This document shows, piece after piece, positions 12,997 through 26,711 of a DNA stretch of 64,000 bases. The DNA is taken from positions 27,156,001 to 27,220,000 of the forward strand of contig NC_043008.1 in assembly GCF_006345805.1 (NCBI RefSeq). The letters run 5' to 3'. The translations under genes and the position numbers were made by a program. Under the pieces are notes generated by a model. That model did no database searches. It worked only from the letters and a program-made list of their open reading frames with translations, and had not been told where the DNA came from. This DNA is from Octopus sinensis (lineage: Eukaryota). Each line of letters starts with the position of its first letter. Positions within the stretch are counted from its first letter, which is position 1.

Positions 12997-13202
12997 GCAT
13001 GTATGTATGAATGTGTGTATATATATATATTTATATATGTAAATGTGCATGTATACACGTAGTAACACTCACTTACACATACATATATACAAATATATAG
13101 ATGTATGGATGTAATTATATATATATGTATATAAGAATTTTGTACGTAATAACATTAAAAAAAACAAGACAGTGTAGATATTAAGATATTAATAGATAGA
13201 AG

Positions 13203-13254
13203 GTCTTACAGCTGTTCCCAGGATATTCATTAATTCTATCCCTTCATCAGAGGC
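13203..13254 (-). ncRNA. Near-intact hammerhead motif with mutated GAAA
   Basis: GCCU-CUGAUGA-A-GGGAUA/11 nt/UAUCCU-GGGAAC-AGCU-GU-A-AGAC, with palindromic stem III ACAGCUGU. Confidence 0.55.
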
Positions 13255-13444
13255 TGTGAGAGGATGGTTAAGTAATAATTAATTTAGATGGTATACAAAA
13301 TAGAAAGTGAGGCGGTGGAAAGGAAATAGATATGTATATGTGTATATAGAGGGAGGAAGATAGGGGAGAGTGAAAGATGGAGTGGGGAAGATTGAAGGGA
13401 AGAAAAGAATACAAAATAGTGTGAGTGAAAAGCAGCTTATTTTG

Positions 13445-13650
13445 ATAATAATGGTTTGAAATTTTGGTACAAGTTTTGCAATTTCAGGGGCGGAGATAAA
13501 TTAATTACATCAACGCACGTGCGCATTTTATCGACCGCAAAATCATAAAAGGCAAAGTTGTTCTCTGTGAAAATTGAACACGAAACATAAAGACGGAGGA
13601 TACCTTTAAGCATTTTGCTCGTGGGGGTAGCGATTCTGGCAGTTCACCGT
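13445..13650 (-). mobile_element. tRNA-derived SINE (family B), degraded
   Basis: Reverse-complement similarity to 4645-4845. Confidence 0.55.
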
Positions 13651-14109
13651 TTTAAGCCTTTTGGAAATAAGAGAAATGCAATATTTCGGCGTATAATTTG
13701 CTAGAAATATATTTCCAAACGACAAAACAGAAAAAAAAAATTATTGAAGGTAGAATACACTAAATGAGGATGGATATATATTCACAGAAAGACGCACAGA
13801 CATATAACCGACAAAACTTGTGATGAAGGGAAATGATAGAGCCAATGAAAGTTATAGGCAAAAATTGACATTATAGCAGGTTGTCACATGAGTTCTCTCT
13901 TTTTTTTCCTTTCGCTTTCTGTGTTCGCTTAATTTCATTAATTTTAATAATTCTGTAATAGAAAAATTTAATTAAAAAAGAAAGAAAGGAACCCTGTTTA
14001 AAGAAGTTTTCATGCTATTAAATGAAACGAACACATGGCATACAACCATATTGGTCGTTTTAAGATAGAATTTCAAAAAGAAAGCAAGTAGTTTAATAGT
14101 TTAGTTAGT

Positions 14110-14271
14110 ACTACATACATACATACATACATGCATACATACATGCATACATACATGCATACATAGATAGACAGACAGACATATAAATAGATAGATAGGC
14201 AGATAGATACATACATACATACATACATACATACATACTTACATACATACATACTTACATATACACATACA

Positions 14272-14305
<34 letters not shown>

Positions 14306-14592
14306 CATACATACATACATACATACACATATATAAACATATATATATATGTAATTATATATTGCGTGGACGATAATACTTGGAAAAGAGACGTTACAGC
14401 CATATGTGATTGTTCACATACTTCAAAACTGTCTGTGTGAATATATTTCCTCCTTTGCTGACAGTCATTAACGGTTTCTTCCATTGTTTCGATACGTCAT
14501 TTTCTATCTGTAATAGAACAATCAGCATTTTTGACATCAGGGTATTAAATGATCTATCTATATATCTATCAACCTATCTATCTATCTATCCC

Positions 14593-14685
<93 letters not shown>

Positions 14686-14705
14686 GTATGTATCTATCAA
14701 TCTAT
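14110..14705. repeat. (ATAC)n at ~14110-14325 and (TATC)n at ~14550-14705
   Basis: Direct inspection. Confidence 0.95.
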
Positions 14706-16849
14706 CTATCATTCTCTTTCTGTTTATATGTATGTATATATATATGTATAAATATATGTATATATATATGTATGTATGTTTATATATATATATATATATA
14801 TATATTTAAATACATATATGTATATAAACACACATATATAACTTATATATATGTGTGCACGGGTTTGTGTGTATGTGTGTGTACGTACGTGTGTGTACGT
14901 GTGTGTGTGTGTGTGTGTGTGTGTATTCGTATATATATATATATAACACACTCCCATGCACTCACGGGTATATATGAGTGACAGAACGATACAAAATCAC
15001 TCCGCTTTGAGTGCAGAAACAACTGGAAGCAAATGAAGTTCATTACAATATTTTTAGTTTGGAGAAGACGGTTCTGTAGTCTTCTCCCGAACAATCTGTG
15101 CAGATGATACATTTGAAGTGATGTACACAAGCTCACCTCTTCCATCAAATTGACATTACCTGTACAGGTGCACGGCATGATATTCGCAGTGACCGCAGAA
15201 CGACGTGAAATGAATCGTTTTGTTGAAGAAGACAGCGCACCGTCTGCTCTGGAAACCTCGCCATAAACTTGCAATATGCTTATATATATATATATACTTA
15301 TTTTAGAAGAGCTTGCAGAACATCTGAGCTGCCCCTGCAGTTTCTGCGTGGGACAAATCATTTCTTATGTCTACATATTCACTAATATACCCTTCCCCAT
15401 ATATATAATTACGCACACGCGCGCCCACCAACACACGCACAAACACACACACACACGCATGGACAAACACACATATGCATATATGTATATGTACATAAGT
15501 ATGTGTTTGTGTGCCTAATGTATATAATTGTGTGTTTACGTATTTACTTACACGCGCACGCACACATATATGTATGATATATGCATTTGTATTATATATT
15601 TGCATGCGAATATGAGTGAGAGATATTTGGCATGCGATATTGTGATTTGTGTATACAATTTTAGAAAATGTTCTTAATTCACATATCTCGTAATTGCACA
15701 AAGGAAACCAGCAAGTTATGTATAAAATATAGCAACAAAAAATGTTGAACACTATTCCAATCAGCATTGAATGTTTGTTGTTCAGCACTAGATGTGCCTT
15801 AATGAGGCTTACATATGATCAGCTTTCAAGCAGTGGCACTCCATTATTTCATTCTAAGTTGTTTATCTATGACCGCTATTTTCATAAATTTAATTACTAT
15901 ACCCAGCAGGAACGGTCATGCAGTACAGGCTTTGTTGATTTGTTAGCTGAACGGTTCTGTTCCTAATATATTCCCAAGCAAACGAAACTACATTTTAGCC
16001 TGAAGTTTATTTTGTGAAAAGGTAAGAAACAGGGCAATGATCACTCTCATTACTAATTCAAAAATAGAAGAGAACCGGTATGGCCCTGTCCGTAGTCCTG
16101 CTTTCTGTTTTTAATAGCATATTACAATAAATTACCTTTGAGCAAGAATAATTTATTTCATATTACCAAATTACTCACGATTCTAAAAGATAAAAAGCAA
16201 TAAAATATAACATGATTCCCAATTCCAGGTATTCAATAGCTTTTGTAAATCATGTGTGAGACAATGTATTTTCGATATAATAATATTATATACATTGCTT
16301 ATTGATATATGATTGTGAGTAGGTGTGTGTATTTCTCTCTCACTTACGACCTCTCACTTCTTCAGAGTCACACTTGTTCTCTTTTAGTATTTTTCTTTTT
16401 TCCTTTCTTCCTTTCTTTCTCTCTCTCTCTCTCTCTCTCTGCCTTTATATATACATATACATATACACATACACATATTTATATATGTATGTATATATAT
16501 ATACGTATACATATATGCTTTTATATATGTCTAAACCTCTTTATATGCATATCTCTGGTATCTCTGAACCTGTTTTTAAAATGTAATAGGAAAATATATG
16601 TAAGTCTTATTAACTAAAATGTCGGTATATTAACTTTTCATTTATGGCAACATTCCTTCTTTTCTTTGCAAGGAAATAATGTATTCCAACTAGACGCAAC
16701 GGTATGTCATTGACCTTTAGCAATGGTGGGTGCAAGTTGTTCGATTCGCACAGAAGGCGACAGATTGTTTATTGTGGTAATATTATTGCCAAGGGTAATA
16801 TACACAAATGAATGAAGCTTAAAGGATGAACTAGTATTGAAGGCACACT

Positions 16850-17490
16850 ACGCAGTGGAAAACTATCAATTACGACTACTGGCTCTCGTCACTGAGTGGA
16901 CGAATTGATTTACACAAAGAGTGAGTGCAAAGAGAGACATGATTTAAAAGAAAGCTGCGTTGGAATATATCTGCTGGATGTGTCTGAAATCAATGAAAGC
17001 ACGTTAATTTTTTCTAATCTTGTAGCAGGAATTGACTAATGGGCGTATTTGTATGATTAAAAACTAACGTTTACCCTAGAATGCTATATTACTTCTGATA
17101 CAAGGCATAGGAGGCATATGAGCAACCGATCGGTACAGAAAGTTATGGCAACTATTTGTGGGGATAGCAAAGATCTCATTCACCTTTTTATTGTGAAACG
17201 TGAACATCGAGCGGTGTACTTAAACACTTAACACGATTAGACAAGCCATTATTAGTAGGAAGAGACCGATTTAAAATGTCTGCATTCACATTGACATTGA
17301 ATAACCGCACACCTCTTTAGTAACATATCAGGCATTGGCCAAAATGTGCTGGTCAGTAGTTTACTATCTATCCTTTGACATCCACCTGTTCAGTCCAACG
17401 AAGTGACATTCAAGAACAAAGGTCTGATGAGATGAGTTAGTCTTTGAAAAAGTGAGCAAAACAGCGTAGACTAAAACTTTTCTAAAAAGA
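16850..17490 (+). mobile_element. Highly degraded mariner-type transposase remnant
   Basis: Broken-frame motifs resembling IVTGDExW (~17025-17050), KVMATIxxDSKDLIH (~17140-17185) and HPP (~17380). Confidence 0.55.
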
Positions 17491-17648
17491 TTAGAATTTT
17501 GGGTTTACCAATGAATCAGATGAGTCACTTATGATGAGTACTATGCAGAATATTACTGACAATTGTAATTTATATAACCGATGTTTGATGATAAAATGTT
17601 TAGACTCCCTTTTCCTTCCTTTCCGCAACGTTCCTGCGTATGTGTACA

Positions 17649-17679
<31 letters not shown>

Positions 17680-18254
17680 ACTCTCTCTCTCTCTCTCTCT
17701 TTATATCTGTCTAAACAGTCTCTCTATGTAGGACACTCACAATATTTTTCGGCTGAAAAATGGTGTTGTCTCTATGTATGTAGTGAATTATCAGTAGCGA
17801 CAATAGATTCTTAGTTATTTTGGCTGTTATATTCGTGTTGTTGCGTGGTTCAATCAATATAGTTACCTGTGCATGTGTCTGCTGGACTAATTTTCATTGT
17901 ATTACCCAAGTTGTCATGAATTCTAAAATATACATCCCATTCTTATACAACGCATGTATAATTTTCTACCTGAAGTAAATTCTTGTTGCACCATCTTAAT
18001 TGCCTGCACAGTGATTGAAAGTACCTTAGTTAGAAGTTAGTGCTAACGTTATTCTGCATAAGACATCTACAAGCTTCTAAATAATACCGAATGTTCCAGA
18101 GTTGTTGCATATGCGTGTGGAGTACAATTTTGTTTTATAGGAGTGGAATTTGTCATTGGTGAATCTAAGATGTTAAATATATAGTGAATGATTGTAATTG
18201 TAATGTTGTTATCAATCCTTTTCCACAAACTTATTCAACAAATTGTCTTGGAAA

Positions 18255-18582
18255 TTAAAGACTTCCTTTGGTCATGAATGAACATGGTATTGTACCTAAA
18301 GTGTTTCCTTCCGAGGTACAAGCCCGCATAATTTTTTTTTCCGAGGTACAAGCCCGCATAAATACCAGACTTCCCTCTCCACACCGCTGATGCTATCCAA
18401 AGGAAAGGCCGATACAGCTTGGCACCAGTGACGTCACAACTAATTTCTACAGCTTAGGGAACTGTAGCAACGTGAAATAAAGTGTCTTACCCAAGAACAC
18501 AATGCACAGCCCGGTTCAGGATTCGAACTCACGACCTCATATTTGTGAGTTCGACATTCTAACTATTGATCCCTGCCCCTCC
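18255..18582 (-). mobile_element. tRNA-derived SINE (family C) with an internal ~24-bp tandem duplication
   Basis: Similar to 3083-3417; TTCCGAGGTACAAGCCCGCATAA occurs twice at ~18308-18361. Confidence 0.8.
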
Positions 18583-19140
18583 ACGCTTATAAATTTGTAG
18601 GCCATCAACCCTATAACTACAAGACCAATAGCAGGGTCTAATTGTTGGTGATGTATACGGCGAATAACCTTACATATTTCCTTTCTGTTATAGATAATCT
18701 TGGAAAAATTGAGTACTAGCTCGCGGTCATGCTTGTCTGCCGTTCATTGTTATCATGTGAAGATCAAGGTCAGTAATCATGATAAATATTTTCCCGAATT
18801 ATTGATGTGTATAAATAAGAGATTTTTATATGGATGCATCGAAATGCACTATTTTGTTTGAGCTGAATCTGCAGAATGACATGTTTGATAGCCTGTAATA
18901 TGCAGTTGGATTGTATTTATATTGGGGTGTTCCTAAAATTAATGTATTTCATGTATATTTTTTATATATTTTGGAGGGACATGATACTCTGCATTTTATT
19001 AGGTAGGCAATTGGATTGAAAGTTATCTTTTCCTATGTTCATGATGTTTTAGGTCATAGGAATAAACTTATTTACCTTTTGAACTTGTATAACAGTTTAT
19101 GTTATGTATTCCCCTTTAATTCCTATATACATGTGCATGT

Positions 19141-19187
<47 letters not shown>

Positions 19188-19867
19188 CACATTTGAATAA
19201 TGATTCCTCATCATATATATATATATATATGTATGTATGTATTCTGCAAGTGTTTGTATGTCGGAAGATGTTTCTGAAATGCATAACGATGTTCTTCTGG
19301 ATGATTGTGAAGTATTTGTTCTGATGAGGAAGCATTTATTAAAATGATCACGTATTCTACATTTTCATGTTTTGAATATTCTATGTAATTTGTTGATATG
19401 AAGGAATTTTAGTTTTCTAACTCAATAAATATCTGCCGGTATTTCACTTGCCCTCTCACCGCGGAAGAATTATTTCTATCTTATAAGCTTCATCACATTT
19501 TCAGAGTATTTTCTTAATGAGGCTCATAGTATATAGCTTAGTGAACTGTACTTAGGTAGCGTTCAGATGTTATTCTTAGTCTAAGCGTGTGTGTGGGAAT
19601 ACCGTGCAGTCGTTCAGGCGACGTTTATATGAATTTATGCTGCTGGTATTTCAACAGTTCTAGAGATTATTCTTGATAATACTTACTTACCGGCGTCGGC
19701 AAATATTACTGCCATCTCGCGTGCTTGTTAGACGTTAACACTTTAATTCTCATCTCACGTTTAGAGACAATGCTTTTGAAAGGTTGTTCTATGAAATAAT
19801 ATCGGCGTCTAGCCGTTCTCTTTGTTTTGTTACTTTTACAGAATAGTCAATGTAGTTTATATATATT

Positions 19868-20186
19868 GGCACTTCGTCGGTTCCGATGATGAGGGATCCG
19901 GTTGATACAATCAACAGAACAGACTGCTCGTGAAATTCACGTGCATGAGGCCGAGCACTCGACAGGTACGTGTACCCTTAACGCAGATCTCAGAGAGATT
20001 CAGCGTGACACAGAGTATGACAATGCTGGTCCTTTGAAATACAGATTCTACTCATTGTTGCTAGTTGAGTGAACTGAAGCAACATGAAATAAAGTGTCTT
20101 GCTCAAAGACATAACGCATCACCGGCAATTGAACTCGTGACCTTATGATCGTGAGGCAAAAAAACCTAACCACTAAGTCATGCGCC
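19868..20186 (-). mobile_element. tRNA-derived SINE (family D; head and central domain like C, different tail)
   Basis: Shares GTGAACTGaAGCAACaTGAAATAAAGTGTCTTGCTC with family C; the head ends at ATGCGCC. Confidence 0.75.
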
Positions 20187-20224
20187 TTCGCTATGTGTAT
20201 TCCATTTGTAATATTTGCACATAT

Positions 20225-20453
20225 CTTTTATCTTGTATCTTTTACTTGTTTCAGTCATTAGACTGTGGCCATACTGGGGCAGAACCCTGAATTTTTAGTC
20301 GAATGAATCGGCCCCAGTACTTGTTTTTTAAACCTGGTACTTTTCTATCGGTCTTTTTGCAGAACCGCTATGTTACGGGGACGTAAACACACCAGCACTG
20401 GTTGTCAAGTGGTAATAGGGGACAAACACACACACAAAAACACACACAGAGAT

Positions 20454-20492
<39 letters not shown>

Positions 20493-20678
20493 CAAGCGCA
20501 CACGCATACACACACATATATACGATGGCCTTTTAGTTTCCGCCTACCAAATTCACTCACACAGCTTTGGTTAGCCCGAAGCTATAGTAGAAGATGCTCA
20601 AGGTGCCACGCAGTGGAACTGAATTCGGAACCAGGTGGCTGGGAAGCAAGCTTCTTATAATCGTTTATGTATCTATGC
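20225..20678 (-). mobile_element. tRNA-derived SINE (family A), diverged
   Basis: Reverse-complement similarity to 10465-10887. Confidence 0.8.
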
Positions 20679-20749
20679 ATTCAATTGGTGGACGAATCAA
20701 CCATAAAACATATCATCAATCGTCTTCCTCTTTATTTTCTTTTTCGTCT

Positions 20750-21500
20750 GGCACATCTTTTTGAGTTCCCATTTCAAAATATTTTCCCCTCTTGATAATG
20801 TAATATTTTCACAACTATCGGCAGCCATATATACTCTTTTACCATTTGAAAATATCGTTCATAAACAAGGAAGATTCATAATTGCATAGTACAACAAACT
20901 TATATTGTCTAACGTCTTATTTAGGACATTCGTATATTGCATTCGTTGCAGATTAATATGCAAAAATATAACAGTTAACATATAAGCTAAGCAGTTTTGT
21001 ATAGAATTTATCAGTCTCTTGCATCCAGTTCTTTACTGTCTCATAAAACAATTGTATAATCATTCGTTTATAGCAGAGTTAGCAATACCTTGAGTCACCA
21101 CTTGAAAACTCTGTCCTAACTACATCCGGTAATCCTTGTATTTATTATATCGTTACTAACAAATGCTATTAACTACGTCTAGGGAATAATTTAGTTATCA
21201 TTTTAAGCAAGCTCCTATCGCTAACTACGCCAGCGAATCTATGGCATCTAGTTTTAACGCGTTCTGATAGAAGGTCTTCTGCAACTTTTGTGTGCGCTTT
21301 GCTTATACCTAATATACACTATCAGAATCTATCAAATTTCTTTCTGAATATGGATTAATATCATATGTAAATGTTGCTATATTCACTGCTCTAATTCTGT
21401 CTTGGATATTGTTATGTAATCTGGAACCCTTTTCAGGTTTCTAACTATACTTATTGATTTTATTTGCCGAGTTTGGACGTTACTACATTATCCATAATAC
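20750..21500 (-). mobile_element. Possible very old LINE RT remnant
   Basis: Only faint motifs in RT order (LQKTF ~ KAFD, VVTQG ~ GVxQG). Confidence 0.3.
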
Positions 21501-21762
21501 ATTGCACATGATCTCTCCATAACTGATGAGATTTATGTTGGTAATCGTCCTTCTGCCGGTCAGGAGAGATGTGGGCAAAGAGAATAGTTCAAGGAGCCTA
21601 TGTTCTAAGAAAAGAAGATTGGGTATAGTGGTTACTGTGGGAATAAGAGGTTTAAGTCAAAAAGAAGGATGACGAGATGAGAAACGAGTGTATCGTGGTC
21701 ACCTGATTGTTGAAGCAGCTTTCAGGAACCGTATCCCGTTTTGGTAAATATAGAAAAGGCTA

Positions 21763-21766
<4 letters not shown>

Positions 21767-21832
<66 letters not shown>

Positions 21833-21866
21833 GGAGAGAGAGAGAGAAAGAGAGAGATGGGAGAGA
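21767..21866. repeat. (GA)n microsatellite
   Basis: Direct inspection. Confidence 0.95.
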
Positions 21867-22539
21867 ACTAGCAAAGATACAGCATGTCTATGGGTTGGAG
21901 CCTAGAGTGCGCTCATTAACAAAGGGGTACCAGTCAACTGAGTGATCCTTCTACGAATGTCATCCATGATGTCAATGCGCGTAGTAGCAACCACAAACCA
22001 GCAATGTGGGCCTCACCTGACCTGTATAGAGTGAAAGAATTTTTCTATAAATTCGGTTGACCACCAATACGGTAATATATTCAGTCTTCAAATACAGTGA
22101 CATTCAAAAGTGGAATGGATTAAATGAGCTTGTAGATAGATTTTTCGTGAACACCTACTTGTATACTAAATTCTGCTTTGAACATGTTCTCACCCAACAT
22201 TTGCTTACAGTCTCATTATATATATCTTGAATAATAACAGTTTAGCTAGGCACCAGCCGACATTTGAATTCGAATCACTTTTGTCTAGGCAAAAAGTGAT
22301 ATCATTGGCATTTGTTGCGGTATTGCGAATTGCAAATAATTTTGACGCGGAGAATATTACTTTCGAAGAGTTACAAGTCAGCGTCTGCAGAGAGGAGAAA
22401 AAACAACAGGTAGAGAGCGGACATAAGAAGAAAAAGCTGACGTATTACTGTGAGCTTGGAGTTGAGAAGATGAAGGTATGGACAAAATACGAGCGTTAAG
22501 AAGATGCGAGTAGAGTCTTTCTAATGTATCTAAGAGAAT

Positions 22540-23450
22540 GAAATAACAAAACTACCAGCTTGAAACAGCAGAATCCAGTGTAGTAGCGATAGAGAAGCCA
22601 ACATGCTTGTGTACAAACGGTCTGTATAGATGACAGCGCAGTACTATGGTAGGGAATTTGTGCAATAAGGGACTTTGTGAATAGATATATGTAAATAAAC
22701 AAATAAAGGAGATGCTGCGAGTTCATATTTAGAAAATAGCTTGTAGTAGGCATATGGCATCTGAGGTTTAGAGTTAAGTGCATTTACGACACCTAAGCGT
22801 TCCAGAAGTAAACTACCTAAAATTTGTTTAAGTAAATGTCCATACTTGTCATCTGTTCTGATGCTTCTTGTAACTATCTTCTTCATTGACTCTGTTGATA
22901 TGTACTAGTTACCGATGATGTTTTATGTAAATTATTATGAACAATTCGTTATGTATTGCAATATAAACGTTGTGGTGAATGGATAATGGCAAACATGACA
23001 TGAGGTTTTCAACATCTCAGTAAACATATTTCACGGTCATACTACTTTATCAGATTCCCATGTCAATACACTTACTTCCAATAATTCAACTCAGTAGCTG
23101 TTCCTTTGTTGGTTTTACCTGAGCAGTAGTATTGCATCATTTCACACTTTCTTCATTCAACCTCTAATCTTATATAGATTCCAAAATCTTATCTTTAAAC
23201 TGTTGTAGGATACAAGTGTATTAGAACATCGATTACGTCATTGTGATTCACAGAGAAATGGGATATTTTACTTCTCTCATACCTACACTGGAAACATTAG
23301 AACAATTTTATGGTTTCGTTTCTTGTACCTAATGTTCTTCCATTGTTGACTTCCAGATATTACAATCCCTCTTCGTAACATAACATCGACATTTTCTCAG
23401 TAATTTCTCTAACTTCAATCTCCTCTGTATCAACCTATCTCGTTTCCTCT
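22540..23450 (-). mobile_element. Possible degraded RTE-like LINE remnant
   Basis: ORF 22644-22886 (KQILGSLLLERL..., FVYLHISIHKVP) loosely resembles RT domains 1-3. Confidence 0.35.
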
Positions 23451-23903
23451 GTTTTAATGGCCTTCACTAAAACTGTGAGGTACAAACAATAAATACCTTC
23501 GTATGCACTTCTGAAATATTTTTATGAGCCGAATGCCATAACATCATGTCTTGAAATGATGTTAAGAAAATAACACATACTTCCCCTCATAGCATAAAGA
23601 AAGAAATATTTCACTTTCTCCAGTTCAAGATTATCCAGCGTCTTTTAAAATGCACGAATATAAGTTTCATGTTAATAGAGAATCGTCAGTAACAGATACC
23701 ATCTCCAATAATATGCAAGATAAAAAATGAATTCCATCAGAAGCAAACCTGTTAGCTATTAATTCTGTTAGCAATGACACATGATATGTATCATAAGTGG
23801 TGACTTAATAATCACCACTTATGGCACATATCATAGAACACCACTTTCAGAAAATATTACGAGTAATCACCCTAAAATCATCTTACCTATACACAGGGTA
23901 CAA

Positions 23904-23963
<60 letters not shown>

Positions 23964-25199
23964 TGTTTCCAACTTCTCCATTTGAATTTAGCAACATTCC
24001 TGTTAGCATCCATCCTCCTGCTGTTACCACCTCCACCCATTACAAACAGACATACACACTCCTATCTCAACTTCTGCTCCTTCTAACCTACCCACTCCAT
24101 CCTCTCCTCCCATTTCCTTCGTCTACGCCGGCTCTGCAGAGGCGACCATGACTTTGAGACCCAGTCTCAACTTATTGCTTGTCACATCACCCTACGTAGA
24201 TATCTCCGAGACATCAGTCTCGTCAACGACACTCCGGTCACTTGCCACCTCCTCACAACCGGTCATTCGCTACAACATCTGTCTGTATTCAGATACTCTT
24301 TGCACAGAGACCACCTGAACACTCGTATCCACCGGGAACAAAAATAGATTTACTCTCTTCATTCATTTACTCCTTATGGTCTTAATTCATCACTTCTCCT
24401 CATCTGAAACCAACCCTTCACACATTCACACATACACACATCTCTAACATTTAACGACTCCACCTCCACTCCACACCTGTACACCATTTAACTCAGTACC
24501 CTCATCAAACACACTTATTATAGAACCTCTCACACATTGTTCAACTTAGTACGTACACAGCGTACCATTATGCACATAGCTCACACACTAACGTAAACAT
24601 ACACTCACACATCTCTCTCCACACACTAACACTCAATGCCTTCCTACTCCAAACCTTCGTCAACCCTATCCCAAATCGCACATCCATGCATTCTCCAACA
24701 AAGCACATTATTCACGCGCACAACACGCAAAAACAGATGATATACACACGCACACAACTTTTGCATACACATACACACTATAGGATCACACACACACCTC
24801 ATGCTCTAATACACACATGTGCATACACTACTCCAATACATTAACTTCTACACGCAAGCCTTTACGCAAACACACACACAGCTGATAGCGCCCCACACAC
24901 GTAGTATACACAGCTTCACACATATATGCACAGGTCCGTACTCACACACAAGCATAAATACACGGAACACACATCACTCCATACAACGCTCACACTGGTT
25001 TACTTATACACATACACACAGACCCTCTCATTCGCACACACAGGCGCACATAAATTTCAGTTCACCCACACATGCATTCACCCGCACTCGCCCTTATACA
25101 CACTCACACTCATCATTTTTACATACACACAGGCAGTCACCGTCATTATCTCCCCTACTCTCAGCCTTTTTCGAGCATTTCATCATGTTAAACCGTTAG

Positions 25200-25370
25200 G
25201 CCCAACACATTTTTTCCTCTCTCCGTTTTTTCGTTTCCTCTCCATTTTCTTTTGCCTCTTAACACTTTCTGTCGAAGAGCGTAGAATCAAAACGTCAAAG
25301 ACTTTCCCATTTCTCCTGAACGTCAAACTAATACACCTACTTACTGTTTCCTCACCCATCTTAGCCCCAT
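25200..25370 (+). repeat. pLTR-like repeat with a variant HHR-like motif at 25265-25300
   Basis: CTTT-CTGTCGA-A-GAGC/gtag/AATC-AAAAC-GT-C-AAAG: stem I is a perfect 4 bp; stem II and GAAA are mutated. Confidence 0.55.
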
Positions 25371-26711
25371 CTTAGTCTAGAACATCTAGACTCATACCTC
25401 TTCTTTGTCCAATCTTTCCATCCTGCTCTCGAATTCCCCTGCAATATCTCTAAATCTTCCCTCGGATTTCTCGACATTTCTGTTAGCACACACCACTCCG
25501 CTCTCACTACCTCCATCCACTACAAGCACACTAACTCACAATCCTACCCCTCCAATGTACCATTCTCCAAGCCTTCTAGCGATTCCAGTCCGACCCATCC
25601 ACATCGCACATCTTCTATAAGCCACTTCAAATGAGCCCATAACCTGCGTGACCTTCTGGTCCACAGTTTCTTCCCTACCCCTGTTTCTCAGCCTGGCTCC
25701 AGTCCCTGATCCCGCCCAAGCTGCCGCACCTGCCACTAGCACTCCAATACCACTACCCTCACTGGCACTCATCACCGTTCCTCTAACGTCACCAACTCCT
25801 TTGCCTATACTTCTAGCAACGTTATTTACTGCATCTCCTGCTCTCTCTATCCTTTCCTGTATGTTGGTCAAACGGGACGCCGCTTGGTTGACCGGTTCGC
25901 GGAGCAACCCCGAGACAGACTCGGTTATGACAGCTCGGTCTCGCACCACTTCCACTCTACCGGTCATTCGCTACAACATGAGTGTTCGGACTGTCTTAGC
26001 ACGGGGGCCACCCGAACTCTGGCCTTTGCTTCGAACAGGAATTAATCTTCTCTCTTCGCTTCTTTGCGCCATATGGACTCAGCTCTCAATATCTCTTCAA
26101 CTGGAACTAACCCCACACGAATTTCTACACACATCCCAATTTCAACTGCTCTCCCCACCCCATACACACCTGCACACCTGCATCCCACCTACCTCGGTAC
26201 CTCACCACACACAAAACTCTATACACATACGCTCTGTTCAACTCATTACTCAATTCACACATCATTACACACACTCACACATAAAAACCTGCCCACTGCA
26301 CACACACTAGCACCGAATATTTCTCATCACCCACACATAATTTTCAATAGCATCACCACTCACCACTATGAGAACAGTCACACACACTGTGTAACTTAGT
26401 ATTCACACCACATACCTTCATGCACACTTCCACACTCAAACAAGTACATAGTACCTGAACACAGACAATATATATACACACATACGCAACACACATAAAC
26501 ACATGGAAGACGAATAGACAACGATAACTTTCGCCCACAAACATACACTGTACTCATGTTCACTATAAGATCACAGACACACACATACACATGTGCACGC
26601 ACCACGTGAACAAGCACACATTGACTGCTAGACACAACACATACGCACATACACGCGTTAGGCCCGCCCATATACGCACATCCATACGCATACTCGCATA
26701 TAAACTACATA

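Noticed and set aside
17424-17445. CTGATGA hammerhead core match
   Set aside because: It lies within the mariner transposase remnant and has no stem II or correctly placed GAAA.
19321-19360. CTGATGA followed by a CATTT/AAATG hairpin
   Set aside because: There is no GAAA and no stem I; too decayed to call.
25536-26310. Overlapping GC-richer ORFs of 143 aa (-) and 220 aa (+)
   Set aside because: No recognisable domain. The region shares sequence with ~24240-24350 (ACCGGTCATTCGCTACAACAT), so it is probably a repeat 5' region rather than a gene.
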